Below are positions 36,697 through 46,711 of a stretch of 64,000 nt of DNA, one piece after another; the stretch's first letter is position 1; each line of letters begins with the position of its first letter. The stretch is from Bacteroidales bacterium (GTDB taxonomy: Bacteria > Bacteroidota > Bacteroidia > Bacteroidales > UBA12077), in contig JAEINU010000001.1 in NCBI GenBank assembly GCA_016342685.1, forward strand, positions 1,332,933-1,396,932. The letters run 5' to 3'. The notes beneath the pieces were generated by a model, which did no database searches, had not been told where the DNA came from, and saw only the letters and a list, made by a program, of their open reading frames with translations. Both the position numbers and the translations under genes were made by a program.

Positions 36697-37425
36697 ATGA
36701 AAAAAATTACTTTAAGCATTGCTATGGCAGCAATGTTAATGCTAAACTTATGCTCTTGCGAGAAGGATGAACTTCTATTTAATACGGATGATATATCGGT
36801 TAAAATTACCGAAGGTGAAAACTGGATTCATGATTTTCCTTTATTTTTAGGGATTAATCTTAAAAATCCACCTCAATTTGCAATTTGGATTGAAGATACC
36901 GATGGAAATTACATCTCCACATTATTTGCAACTAAAAAAATTGCTACCGAAGGATGGGTAAGTAATAAGGGTAACAGAAGAAAAGAAGCACTTCCCCATT
37001 GGTGCTACCAACGCGGTATTTTTTATGACGATGGTTTATTATTACCTACAAAAGAAGAACCATTAACAGATGGAATTTCTGGAGCAACTCCAATAGCTGG
37101 GATTGAACTGAAAATCTCTCCCGAAAATATTCTTGATCAGCTTGTGATAAAAGTTGAGGTAAATCATTCTACCGATTTTAATAAAACATATCCAAAAAAT
37201 GCAAAGCCAGAAGATTCAAATTACTCTGGTGGCGAAGAAGGAAGTGGACAACCTGCGTTGATATACTCTTCACTTATTGATTTAAGCCCTGGTCAATCTG
37301 AATATCAATTAGACTTAATTGGACATAGTAGTCCTGATGGAACAGATGGTGATATTTATCAAGATTTATCTGGAATTACATCAGCTATAAAAATAATTAA
37401 CACCATAATTGTTAAAATTAAATAG
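36697..37425 (+). CDS. Lipoprotein, DUF2271-like
   Basis: Lipobox MLNLCSC. The block PPQFAIWIEDTDGNYISTLF...RKEALPHWCY resembles the DUF2271 signature (AVWIED..G..V.TL...W). Recognition is by eye only. Confidence 0.4.
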   Translation: MKKITLSIAMAAMLMLNLCSCEKDELLFNTDDISVKITEGENWIHDFPLFLGINLKNPPQFAIWIEDTDGNYISTLFATKKIATEGWVSNKGNRRKEALPHWCYQRGIFYDDGLLLPTKEEPLTDGISGATPIAGIELKISPENILDQLVIKVEVNHSTDFNKTYPKNAKPEDSNYSGGEEGSGQPALIYSSLIDLSPGQSEYQLDLIGHSSPDGTDGDIYQDLSGITSAIKIINTIIVKIK

Positions 37426-37429
37426 CCTT

Positions 37430-37972
37430 ATGAAAAAACTAGTTTTAATCATGTTACTAGCTGTTACATCACAACTAAGTTTATTCTCTCAAGAAATAGA
37501 AAGTACTGAATTTAGGTTAGAGAAGAATGCGATTCAACTTAATGTTACAAATATGCCAATCTCAATTGCCCTAAAAACAATTTCTAACAAACGAATTGCT
37601 AGTGAAATTAGTTTTGGAATAGCTGCTTTAAATAATGATACAAAATACGATGATTATATTGTTAATCTTAAACTACATTATTTATTAAAAAGAGGGAGAA
37701 AAACAAATCTATATACTGGAATTATAACGGGAATAGAATTCGTAAATGACCCTACTTTCGATCTTACAACTCCATTTATTGGAATTAATACACAATACGA
37801 ATATTTTATTGGTAAAAAGAAGAAAAACAGCTTAAGTATTGATATAAGTTACATATATGGTAAAAAGACCTATAGGAAATCTTATTCAGCAGATTGGGGC
37901 TCCGTTGAATATGTAGGTACATTCGAAAACTCTCCTTTTTGGTTTGGATTAGGATATTCGTTCTACTTTTAG
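37430..37972 (+). CDS. Small outer-membrane beta-barrel-like protein
   Basis: Signal peptide MKKLVLIMLLAVTSQLSLFSQ from the ATG at 37430 (the track start 37409 is TTG). Alternating-hydrophobic strands. C-terminal GYSFYF. Confidence 0.5.
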   Translation: MKKLVLIMLLAVTSQLSLFSQEIESTEFRLEKNAIQLNVTNMPISIALKTISNKRIASEISFGIAALNNDTKYDDYIVNLKLHYLLKRGRKTNLYTGIITGIEFVNDPTFDLTTPFIGINTQYEYFIGKKKKNSLSIDISYIYGKKTYRKSYSADWGSVEYVGTFENSPFWFGLGYSFYF

Positions 37973-37995
37973 AATTATAAATCCATGGATTTTAA

Positions 37996-38127
37996 GAGGG
38001 TGTCCAAAAAGTGAATTATTGTCATCCCCAACTTGATTGGGGATCGCATTATTAATTGTTAAACAATTAATTAAATGATTCCCTTTTTTAAAGGAATGGC
38101 AGTTTCTTTACTTTTTATACATCCTCT
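37996..38127. repeat. MITE-like element copy B (GTCATCCCCAACTTGATTGGGGATC core)
   Basis: Left end GAGGGTGTCCAAAAAGTG. Degenerate right end CTTTTTATACATCCTCTC. Internal palindrome ATTAATTGTT-A-AACAATTAAT. Shares core blocks with copy A. Confidence 0.55.
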
Positions 38128-38263
38128 CTTTATTAAAAAAAATTTAAAGCTCATGTACATCACATTAAATCAGAAAAATAATTGAATACTTAATAAAAAG
38201 AATATTTTTGTTAATCAGAATCTCTTTAAAGATTTAATAACTGATTAATGAAATATTTGTAAG

Positions 38264-39574
38264 ATGCACATAATTTTTGGAGTTGGTGCTTTCCAAACAT
38301 TTATATTCTCTCTTTTACTACTAACTAAAAAAGAAAAAAAAGTAGCTGATAAATTTCTTGCTTGTTTTTTCTTCATAATTACATTGTACCTCTTAAATTT
38401 ATTTTCGGTTCGCTTTGGCTTATGGCAAAAATGTCCGGATATTTTTCTAGTAAACACCCTGATTTATTTAACATATGGTCCATTACTTTATTTTTATGTA
38501 TGTTCTTTAGTTGGTACTAAAATTACAAAAAAACGACTCTTTTATCATTCCATACCCATACTTATTATTTTTCTAATTGTAATGCCTTTTATGTTTCGAA
38601 GTAACAGCGAAAAACTGCTTTACTTTACCGATAAATATAAAAATCTACCTCTCAATATTTCCATCGGTACATTTATTCAATATTTGTCTGCACCTATTTA
38701 CTTTGCCTGGATAATTGTAATCCTACAAAAACACAAACAATATTTAATAGATAACCATTCTTCAATTGATCGAATTAACCTTGATTGGATGCGAAAACTC
38801 CTATTTGGAGTAATAACTATTCGAATGATTGATATTTTTAATGCCTATGCCCTAAATTTTTCTGCTTACGATCTTAATTTCGGCGGTATTGTTTCATTTT
38901 ATATTAAACTTATATTTCTGATTTTTATAATGATAATTGGTTATTACGGAATTAACCAAGGAAACATTTTTGTGCATTATCAACCAACAGGGGATTCAGG
39001 CACAAATAATAAAATCAATTCGGATTTAATTCCTGCTAAAACAGTTGAAGAAAATGTTAAAATTCTTATTGAGCAATTGCGAAAAAAAGAACTTAACAAT
39101 GAAATACACATTCGAGATATTGCCTCAAATTTAAGTATTCCAATTCATGTATTATCCCATTTAATTAATGCAAATGCAAGAAATGAAAACACTATTGAGA
39201 ATCTTGAAAAGCCTAAATTAATTTGCGACCAAAAAGCAGAAAAATACACCCAAAAATTAGTTGCCTATATGCAGAAAGAAAAGGTTTATCTTAATTGTGA
39301 ACTTCGAATGCAGGATATAGCTGTTGATCTTGAAATACCGGCTCATATTTTATCATATATAATTAATACCAATCTAAATCAGAATTTTTTCGACTTTATA
39401 AATCAGCATCGAATTAACGAAACAAAAATACGTTTAAACGATGTAAAGTATAATAATCTAACAATTGTTGCCATTGCATACGATTGTGGATTTAATTCGA
39501 AAGCTACTTTCAATCGCTTATTTAAGCAATACACAGGTCAGACCCCAAGTCAGTACCGAAATACAAATCACTAA
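38264..39574 (+). CDS. Membrane-bound AraC-family transcriptional regulator
   Basis: N-terminal ~230 aa with about seven hydrophobic segments. C-terminal AraC HTH (IAYDCGFNSKATFNRLFKQYTGQTPSQYR). Confidence 0.8.
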   Translation: MHIIFGVGAFQTFIFSLLLLTKKEKKVADKFLACFFFIITLYLLNLFSVRFGLWQKCPDIFLVNTLIYLTYGPLLYFYVCSLVGTKITKKRLFYHSIPILIIFLIVMPFMFRSNSEKLLYFTDKYKNLPLNISIGTFIQYLSAPIYFAWIIVILQKHKQYLIDNHSSIDRINLDWMRKLLFGVITIRMIDIFNAYALNFSAYDLNFGGIVSFYIKLIFLIFIMIIGYYGINQGNIFVHYQPTGDSGTNNKINSDLIPAKTVEENVKILIEQLRKKELNNEIHIRDIASNLSIPIHVLSHLINANARNENTIENLEKPKLICDQKAEKYTQKLVAYMQKEKVYLNCELRMQDIAVDLEIPAHILSYIINTNLNQNFFDFINQHRINETKIRLNDVKYNNLTIVAIAYDCGFNSKATFNRLFKQYTGQTPSQYRNTNH

Positions 39575-39697
39575 TAATTAGGATTAAAATTATAAATAGG
39601 TCTCAATATTATAGATTGAGACTATCGATTGCTGCAAAAAATTCATATTTGTATAGATACTTTTTTGTACAAATATCTATTACAAAACCAAAACTAT

Positions 39698-40882
39698 ATG
39701 AGTATGGACAATCAATTTAAACCAACGAAAACTACCACCCGGATTGAAATCTTAGATGCTATTCGTGGATTGGCAGTTTTCGGAATCTTATTATCGAATA
39801 TTTTAATTATAGGCGGATATTATGTTACCAATTATTCCATTTTAGAGAATATGCACTTAGCAAAAGTAAACTATGGAATATTCATATTTAGCTACTATGC
39901 AATTATTGGCAAGGCCTATCCAATATTCTGTATGCTATTCGGAATAAGTTTTTACATGCAGTACCTGAAATATAAAGATGGGGAAAAATCATTCGTAAAA
40001 TTCTTTTTATGGCGAATGCTTCTTCTGTTTATAATTGGAGTTATGCACGTTTTTATATGGCCAGGTGATGTCGTGCATTATTATGCTATAATTAGTATAT
40101 TTTTAATTCCCTTTAGAAAATTTAATGCTCGTAAAATACTAATTGTTTCAATTACACTATTTGTTGTTGCAATTACAATTGGATTATCAAGCGATTTTAT
40201 GAATAAACAAGACCAAACCAAACAAGAAGAACGGATTGCAAGTTATCAATTCGAAGGAGTCGATTTTTTTGAGTTAAAAGATAAAGTCCAAAATGAAGGA
40301 CTTAGAGGAATGTGGTTTTTTAATAAGCAACAATACAAACTATTGTATTCTATTGAACGATTTAAAACATCTGTAATGTGGGTTTTAGCATTGTTTTTAC
40401 TCGGAATATTTCTTTATGTAAAAGAGCTAATAACTAAGAGAATGTATCACTGGAAATATCTGGTATCCTTTCTCATACTCGGATTATCGGGTAAAGCACT
40501 GGCAATGTTTGTTAGTTATCATTTAAGAATTATTGAGCATGTATTCTTGTCGCTATTTGTAATATCATTATTTGGAATTATATACAAAAGTAAAATCGGT
40601 AAAAACTTGCTATCATTCTTTAATCCTGTTGGACGGATGGCATTTACAAATTACGTGTTACAATCGATTTTAGCTTCGCTTATATTTTACGGAGTTGGAT
40701 TAGGTCTATTTGCAGAAATTCCTTTATATGGTATTTATTTAATATCATTTGGAATTTTATTTTTTCAGACTATTTTTAGTATTTATTGGTTAAGAAAATT
40801 TAAGTTTGGACCAATAGAATGGCTATGGAGAACACTCACTTACAATAAAAACTTTAAATTGAAAAATATAAAAGTCGATTAA
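39698..40882 (+). CDS. DUF418/YeiB-family membrane protein
   Basis: ILDAIRGLAVFGILLSNI, GRMAFTNYVLQSI and GPIEWLWRTLTY blocks. Start placed at the ATG at 39698 (the track start is TTG at 39629). Confidence 0.8.
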   Translation: MSMDNQFKPTKTTTRIEILDAIRGLAVFGILLSNILIIGGYYVTNYSILENMHLAKVNYGIFIFSYYAIIGKAYPIFCMLFGISFYMQYLKYKDGEKSFVKFFLWRMLLLFIIGVMHVFIWPGDVVHYYAIISIFLIPFRKFNARKILIVSITLFVVAITIGLSSDFMNKQDQTKQEERIASYQFEGVDFFELKDKVQNEGLRGMWFFNKQQYKLLYSIERFKTSVMWVLALFLLGIFLYVKELITKRMYHWKYLVSFLILGLSGKALAMFVSYHLRIIEHVFLSLFVISLFGIIYKSKIGKNLLSFFNPVGRMAFTNYVLQSILASLIFYGVGLGLFAEIPLYGIYLISFGILFFQTIFSIYWLRKFKFGPIEWLWRTLTYNKNFKLKNIKVD

Positions 40883-40898
40883 TATAAAGTATAACATC

Positions 40899-41747
40899 AT
40901 GGAAATAAAATCATTAAAAAATGTAAGTTTTGATATCATTTTTGAAGGCTTTAGTAAAGCTTTTGCAAAATATGAACTACAATTAACTAAAGAAGAACTT
41001 TTAGTAATGATAAATCGCAGAGGATTTGTTGCTGAATTATCCTTTGGTGCATTTGTTAACGATAAATTGGTTTCATTCACATTTAATGGAATTGGCTCTT
41101 TTAACGGTTTAAAAACAGCCTACGATACAGGGACAGGAACAACTGAAGAATATCGAGGACAAGGACTTGCCTCAAAAATATTTGCTTATTCCGTTCCATT
41201 TCTTAAAGAACAAGGAGTTACTCAATATTTACTAGAGGTTTTGCAACACAATACAAAAGCAGTTTCGATTTATACAAAGGCTGGATTTGAGGTAAGTCGT
41301 GAGTTTAATTACTTTGTTGAGGAACAAAAGAACATCCAGTTTCATTCAAAAGAATTAAGTAATGATTACAGCATTAAACAAACCAAATTAAATGAAAAAC
41401 TAATGACTGAGTTTTTTGACTTTAATCCATCGTGGCAAAATAGCTTTGACGCTATTTTGAGAAAACCCGATGATTTTAAAGTTATAGGAGCATTTAACGA
41501 ACAAGAATTAGTAGGATATTGCATTTTTGAGCCTACCTCTGGCGACGTAACACAAATTGCAGTTAACAAAGAATATAGAAGAAAAGGAATTGGTACAAAC
41601 CTGCTCAAAGAAGCATTTAAACTTAATTTACACAATGCAGTGAAACTTATAAATTCCGAAATTGATTGCGAATCAATAAATGGCTTTTTAAAAGCAAATT
41701 CAATATCGTCAACAGGAAAACAATTTGAAATGATTAAAGAACTCTAA
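40899..41747 (+). CDS. GNAT-family N-acetyltransferase (two GNAT-like halves)
   Basis: Acetyl-CoA motif A copies TTEEYRGQGLASKIF and VNKEYRRKGIGTNLLKEA. Confidence 0.75.
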   Translation: MEIKSLKNVSFDIIFEGFSKAFAKYELQLTKEELLVMINRRGFVAELSFGAFVNDKLVSFTFNGIGSFNGLKTAYDTGTGTTEEYRGQGLASKIFAYSVPFLKEQGVTQYLLEVLQHNTKAVSIYTKAGFEVSREFNYFVEEQKNIQFHSKELSNDYSIKQTKLNEKLMTEFFDFNPSWQNSFDAILRKPDDFKVIGAFNEQELVGYCIFEPTSGDVTQIAVNKEYRRKGIGTNLLKEAFKLNLHNAVKLINSEIDCESINGFLKANSISSTGKQFEMIKEL

Positions 41748-41790
41748 ATCATAAATGAGTAGATAATTTCAATTATATCTGTGTTTAAAA

Positions 41791-41966
41791 CACTTCAACG
41801 AGCTCAGTGTGACAAAATGCTATTTTGTAAATATCACACTGAGCTTATAAAAGTATTATTTCTAATAAAGATTCACTATTTGTCATTCTGAGCTTGTCGA
41901 AGAATCTCTTCTAATAAGAACTATTTATGCTTTGCATGAGAAGAATTCGACAAGCTCAATATGACA
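41791..41966. repeat. Cluster of four ~26-nt GTCAYNCTGAGCTYGTYGAAG units in alternating orientation, forming two long hairpins
   Basis: Units at 41791-41816 (rc), 41832-41857, 41881-41906 (TGTCATTCTGAGCTTGTCGAAGAATC) and 41938-41966 (rc). Hairpin 1 stem AGCTCAGTGTGA/TCACACTGAGCT. Hairpin 2 has ~27-nt arms. Located between convergent genes. Confidence 0.7.
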
Positions 41967-42018
41967 TTTTCAATTTATAACTTACTTTAGGATACTTTCT
42001 ATAGTTTATAAAATCTTT

Positions 42019-45000
42019 CTACTCTTTAACTTTTTTAACATCAAATTTTTCTCTTTGGTAATCCTTATCCATTACTCTATAATACGGATCTAGAACAATT
42101 TTTGCAGGTTTTTTATCTAATTTAAACTGATACTCGTTTTCTCCATTTGCCAGTTTTATCTTTTCAAGATAAACTTCTTCATTGTCTTTTGTGTAAATAC
42201 CAACTTCAATCCAATCATTCATATCAGCAAGTTCATCCTTCCCATTTCCATCAGAATAGAACTTCTCCCCTTCTATTTTTGCAGTTACAAAATATTCCAA
42301 ATCATCGTTTCGTGTATATGAAGCTTCGCGAACATCGTTATCGTAGAATGTAATTTTATTAAAGATATCGTTGGTGTAATACTTTAAAGAATCGGGTGTT
42401 TCTTTTTCGAGTAGATTTAAGAAATCCAATGTAGTTACATAAGGTTCTTGCTTAAACGCAAATTCATGCACCAACTCGCTCATTACATTCATTAACTTAT
42501 CATCGCCAAGATAAGCGTCCAAAGCTTTTAGTAAAACTCCACCTTTCTGATAGTATAACCATGATTGGTAATCGGCAACTTTACTTAAAGCTCGTTCTTC
42601 GTATGGTTCATTCTTTCTCGAATTCAGGTATGTTAAAGTCTCATCGCGAACAAATAGTTTTGCTGCTTCTTTTCCATATTCCTTTTCCAGAACTTTCATG
42701 GCACAATAATGCGTTATCGATTCCATAAGCATTTGCGATCCTTCCACATCGGCAGCCACAACCTGATGCGCCCACCATTGATGCGCTATTTCATGCGCTG
42801 TAAAAAAGAATGGATAATCGACAGAAGTTGTATCTGAACCATCTTTCAAATCCCTCAAATCAGCAACAAAACCAATACTTTCAGAAAAAGGAATCATTCC
42901 CGGAAACGATTGTGCAAATTGAGCATATCGTGGAAACTCAACTATTTTTAAATGATTGTATTTGAATGGAGCCAGATTCTCCGAATAATATTCTAAAGAA
43001 ACCTTAGCACTATTTAAAAAACTCTCTAAGTTAAAATCATGATCAGCATCGTGATAAACCGCTAATTCGATCTCTTTTCCCGTTGCCGGATTTGTCCATA
43101 ATTCTTCTTTTACTTCATATTCGGCCGACAAAATTGAAAAGTAGTTAATCATAGGAATAGGCATTTTGTAATGGAAATACAATCTGTTGTTCTCTTCCCA
43201 TTTCTTAACCAAATCGCCCGGAGCTAATGCTATTTGATTTTTCTTTGTACTAATAATTGCCTCGAAAGTAACAAAATCAGCACAATGTGAAATAAAATTA
43301 TGATTTCGACCAAATTCATCTTCTCTAGTCATAGCCACTTGTTTTTTAACCAAATCGTGTTTCTCTCTCACTTTATTACTAAAAATCTCGGCACCTGAAT
43401 TATAACCAATACTAGGAAAATAATTACTATCGAAAAATGTACCATTCTTATGAACTATGGACTTGATACCTGCATTTGTAAATCCTTTTGGCTCAGATAT
43501 AAATTCAAAAAACATTTGAACCGAATCGTTTGGAATTAATGGTTTTTCTAACTGATAAATATAATAATCCAAATCATTATTCTCATGAACCAATTTACTT
43601 TCGGATCCAAAATGTACCGATTTAATATATTCATTCTGAACAATATGTAAACTATCAATCGATTTATCTGTTGAGTTCTTTAACCAATATTCGCCTTTTA
43701 CCTGTAGTTTTCCTTTATCAGGATAAATATCTCCATTTATCTTAATATCAGTAATCTTAGGTTGATTTACACGTTCATATTTCTTGTACAAACGCTCATA
43801 TTCGACTTGTTGCTTTTCTTTGGAATATGATCTTTCAAAATCATTTAAAATATTCGTATTATAATATATAAACGATCCAGTAAGCACAAATAATGCAAGC
43901 ATAACAACCAATGAATTTCTGGTTTGTTTTGTTATTCTATTTTTAAGAATATGAATGCGTTTTCCGATTGCATTTTCCTTATGATTATTCCATAATAAAT
44001 TAGATAAAACAACCATAATTCCTGCAAAAAACGTCCAATATATAGTGAATACCCAGTACGGCAATACAGAATATCCATAACCATCTATATCGGAAAACGA
44101 CCAATTTGGTGCGCCTCTAAAAATAAACAGATTATGCTGAATGATTAAATCGGCAAATTGCGAATGCCAAACCATGTAAATTATCATTGCAACATAGGCA
44201 AAGTATTTATTGTTAATAGCTATTTGAACAAAAAATGCTAAAACGATAAACAGCAAATATTGTATGTATTGCATTCCAAAAATAGAAGTAAAATACTGAC
44301 TAATTTTAATATTGTAAAAACCATCGAGTAACTGATACGATATTCCAAATCCTATTAAAACAAATAATAACATTGCAACAGCCAAAGCTAAGGTAATCAT
44401 CTTACTAGCCATCGTTATCCAACTTGGGGTTGGCAAAGAATTAGATATTTCGCTCATTTTCAGATCGCGATCACGCCAAATCATTTCACCCGAAAATAAA
44501 ATGATAATAATATAGATAAATAAGGACATGGAACCTCCCAAAATATCAATAACATGATAGGTTACAGGATAAGTATCGGTTCCGTATATCTCACCAATAG
44601 CTTTTGACGAAACAATTAGAAAAACTACAGAAACAATTGAAATTAGAATAAAGTAGATGTTTTTTGTGAGCCCTTTTAACTCAAAAGAAACTAAATGTTT
44701 TAACATTTTAAAGATCGATTGTTTCGAGTAATCCAAACTGAATTTAGGTTTTTCAATTTGTTCCGAACTTCCGTATGATTCTTCTAAATGAGTCTTAATT
44801 TTAGCTTTCTCGGTTCGATTAAAAACAGGTTTTAAAATATACGAAAATTTAAATCTGAAATAACCTAAAGCCAGAACAGCAAAAGAAATACAAGTCCATA
44901 ATATACGATTGTATAAATAAACGCTTTCGAGAGAAACAGCTTCGTTATTCATATCAGAAGCCGAACTTCCTGTCGAAACAACTAATGATGCAGCCATTCC

Positions 45001-45648
45001 AAATGGATCGAGCAATGCTGCTAATGTTCTTGTATCAACAGCCTGCATAATCCCCTGACTAATGGCATACAAAACATACAATCCTAAAATGCTTAGCCAA
45101 TTTACAAGTACATTTCTAAGCAGAAGACTCATTACAAAAAATATTGAGGTTACCAATAAAACATTTGGTATTATTCTGGCTAAATATGGATTTATATAGG
45201 CACTCCACATAAAATCGCCAAACAAGTCGGGCTTTAAATATGGCATTTGTGTTCCCACAAATATTCCAATACCAACTGCAGTAAAAATGGCTAAATTAAT
45301 AAAATAGGCTGCACAAAATCGTCCAAATATGTATTGATATTTTTTAATTTGCGAGGTAAATAAAATCGATAAGGTATTGTATTTAAAATCTTTAATTACA
45401 ATATTATTTACAACTGCTACCATAATAAATATACCAATGTAACTAAATATCCCAAAGATGATATCCAATGTTCCGGGTGCATTAACTTTAACGTTATCGC
45501 CCGAAATATTCATATTTATTGATTTAAATGCTCCACCTGCTATATTCATTAAAAAGAATGCAAAAGCAAAAAGTATTAACCAGTAAAAATAGATTGCCGG
45601 ACGTTTGAATGCCCGCTTTATTTCGAATAAAAAAACTTCTTTAAACAT
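42019..45648 (-). CDS. Fusion protein: ABC-2-type multi-pass permease + C-terminal M1 (aminopeptidase N-like) zinc peptidase domain
   Basis: 1209 aa. The N-terminal ~590 aa has about 12 hydrophobic segments. The C-terminal part has the gluzincin motif FFTAHEIAHQWWAHQV...LMESITHY. Confidence 0.8.
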   Translation of the reverse strand: MFKEVFLFEIKRAFKRPAIYFYWLILFAFAFFLMNIAGGAFKSINMNISGDNVKVNAPGTLDIIFGIFSYIGIFIMVAVVNNIVIKDFKYNTLSILFTSQIKKYQYIFGRFCAAYFINLAIFTAVGIGIFVGTQMPYLKPDLFGDFMWSAYINPYLARIIPNVLLVTSIFFVMSLLLRNVLVNWLSILGLYVLYAISQGIMQAVDTRTLAALLDPFGMAASLVVSTGSSASDMNNEAVSLESVYLYNRILWTCISFAVLALGYFRFKFSYILKPVFNRTEKAKIKTHLEESYGSSEQIEKPKFSLDYSKQSIFKMLKHLVSFELKGLTKNIYFILISIVSVVFLIVSSKAIGEIYGTDTYPVTYHVIDILGGSMSLFIYIIIILFSGEMIWRDRDLKMSEISNSLPTPSWITMASKMITLALAVAMLLFVLIGFGISYQLLDGFYNIKISQYFTSIFGMQYIQYLLFIVLAFFVQIAINNKYFAYVAMIIYMVWHSQFADLIIQHNLFIFRGAPNWSFSDIDGYGYSVLPYWVFTIYWTFFAGIMVVLSNLLWNNHKENAIGKRIHILKNRITKQTRNSLVVMLALFVLTGSFIYYNTNILNDFERSYSKEKQQVEYERLYKKYERVNQPKITDIKINGDIYPDKGKLQVKGEYWLKNSTDKSIDSLHIVQNEYIKSVHFGSESKLVHENNDLDYYIYQLEKPLIPNDSVQMFFEFISEPKGFTNAGIKSIVHKNGTFFDSNYFPSIGYNSGAEIFSNKVREKHDLVKKQVAMTREDEFGRNHNFISHCADFVTFEAIISTKKNQIALAPGDLVKKWEENNRLYFHYKMPIPMINYFSILSAEYEVKEELWTNPATGKEIELAVYHDADHDFNLESFLNSAKVSLEYYSENLAPFKYNHLKIVEFPRYAQFAQSFPGMIPFSESIGFVADLRDLKDGSDTTSVDYPFFFTAHEIAHQWWAHQVVAADVEGSQMLMESITHYCAMKVLEKEYGKEAAKLFVRDETLTYLNSRKNEPYEERALSKVADYQSWLYYQKGGVLLKALDAYLGDDKLMNVMSELVHEFAFKQEPYVTTLDFLNLLEKETPDSLKYYTNDIFNKITFYDNDVREASYTRNDDLEYFVTAKIEGEKFYSDGNGKDELADMNDWIEVGIYTKDNEEVYLEKIKLANGENEYQFKLDKKPAKIVLDPYYRVMDKDYQREKFDVKKVKE

Positions 45649-45682
45649 AAGTTGAGTGTTTTAAATTAAACATAATTGCCAG

Positions 45683-46558
45683 TTAGTTACTTACCGAATT
45701 AATAGCCATAAAATACACATCGTCTAATTTTGGTTCTATCTGATTAAAACCATTTCCTGGATTTTCTTCACTAAAAATATGAATCAGCGGTTTTCCCCCA
45801 TTTAAATGCGAATACACAATATGGAAATCTTCTTGATATTTTGAAAAATCATTCTTATCAATGATCTTCTCCCAAATTTTTCCACCCAACTCACTCATAA
45901 CGTTTACGGGTTTGCCATTTAAAATAACTTCACCACTATTTATTATAGCCATATCCGAACATAGATCACTCACATCATCGACAATATGCGTTGAAAGAAT
46001 AACCACTTTATCTTCGCTAATTTCGCTAAGCAAATTGTTAAAACGAACACGTTCGGCAGGATCAAGACCTGCTGTAGGTTCATCAACAATAATTAATTTA
46101 GGATCGCCAAGTAAGGCCATTGCAATACCGAAACGCTGTTTCATTCCTCCACTAAAACTACTTACATACTTATTTCTGAAATTGTGTAAGTTAACCTGAT
46201 TCAATAAAAATTGAACTAGCTCCTTACGCTCCTTTTTATTCGACAATCCCTTTAAAATAGCTATATGATTTAATAACTCAACTGCCGATATTTTAGGGTA
46301 AATTCCAAATTCTTGAGGTAAATAACCCAACACTTCTTTTAGCTTTTCTTTCTCTGTTAAAACATTTATTCCATTAAATGTTATTTCGCCTTGATCTGCT
46401 TCTTGTAAAGTAGCAATTGTTCTCATCAATGTAGATTTTCCTGCACCATTAGGCCCAAGCAATCCGAACATACCCGAATTAATTGTTAAGTTCAGATTGT
46501 TTAAGGCTTTAATGCCGTTCTCATATGTTTTTGATAAATTCTTTATTTCCAGTTTCAT
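45683..46558 (-). CDS. ABC transporter ATP-binding protein (partner of the permease-M1 fusion)
   Basis: Walker A GPNGAGKST. Signature FSGGMKQR. Walker B LIIVDEPTAGLD. Located 34 nt upstream of the permease gene. Confidence 0.9.
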   Translation of the reverse strand: MKLEIKNLSKTYENGIKALNNLNLTINSGMFGLLGPNGAGKSTLMRTIATLQEADQGEITFNGINVLTEKEKLKEVLGYLPQEFGIYPKISAVELLNHIAILKGLSNKKERKELVQFLLNQVNLHNFRNKYVSSFSGGMKQRFGIAMALLGDPKLIIVDEPTAGLDPAERVRFNNLLSEISEDKVVILSTHIVDDVSDLCSDMAIINSGEVILNGKPVNVMSELGGKIWEKIIDKNDFSKYQEDFHIVYSHLNGGKPLIHIFSEENPGNGFNQIEPKLDDVYFMAINSVSN

Positions 46559-46711
46559 AATATTTTATGTTTTTTGATTTTTAAGTTTAATACTCTAATT
46601 GTTCTTCTTGCAGATCTTTCAACTGTGCCTTTGTAATCTTTTTTACTCCTTCAATTAATTCAAACTCTGAATTATTAACAGTAATAAAATTAATTTTAAC
46701 AGCTTTATAGT

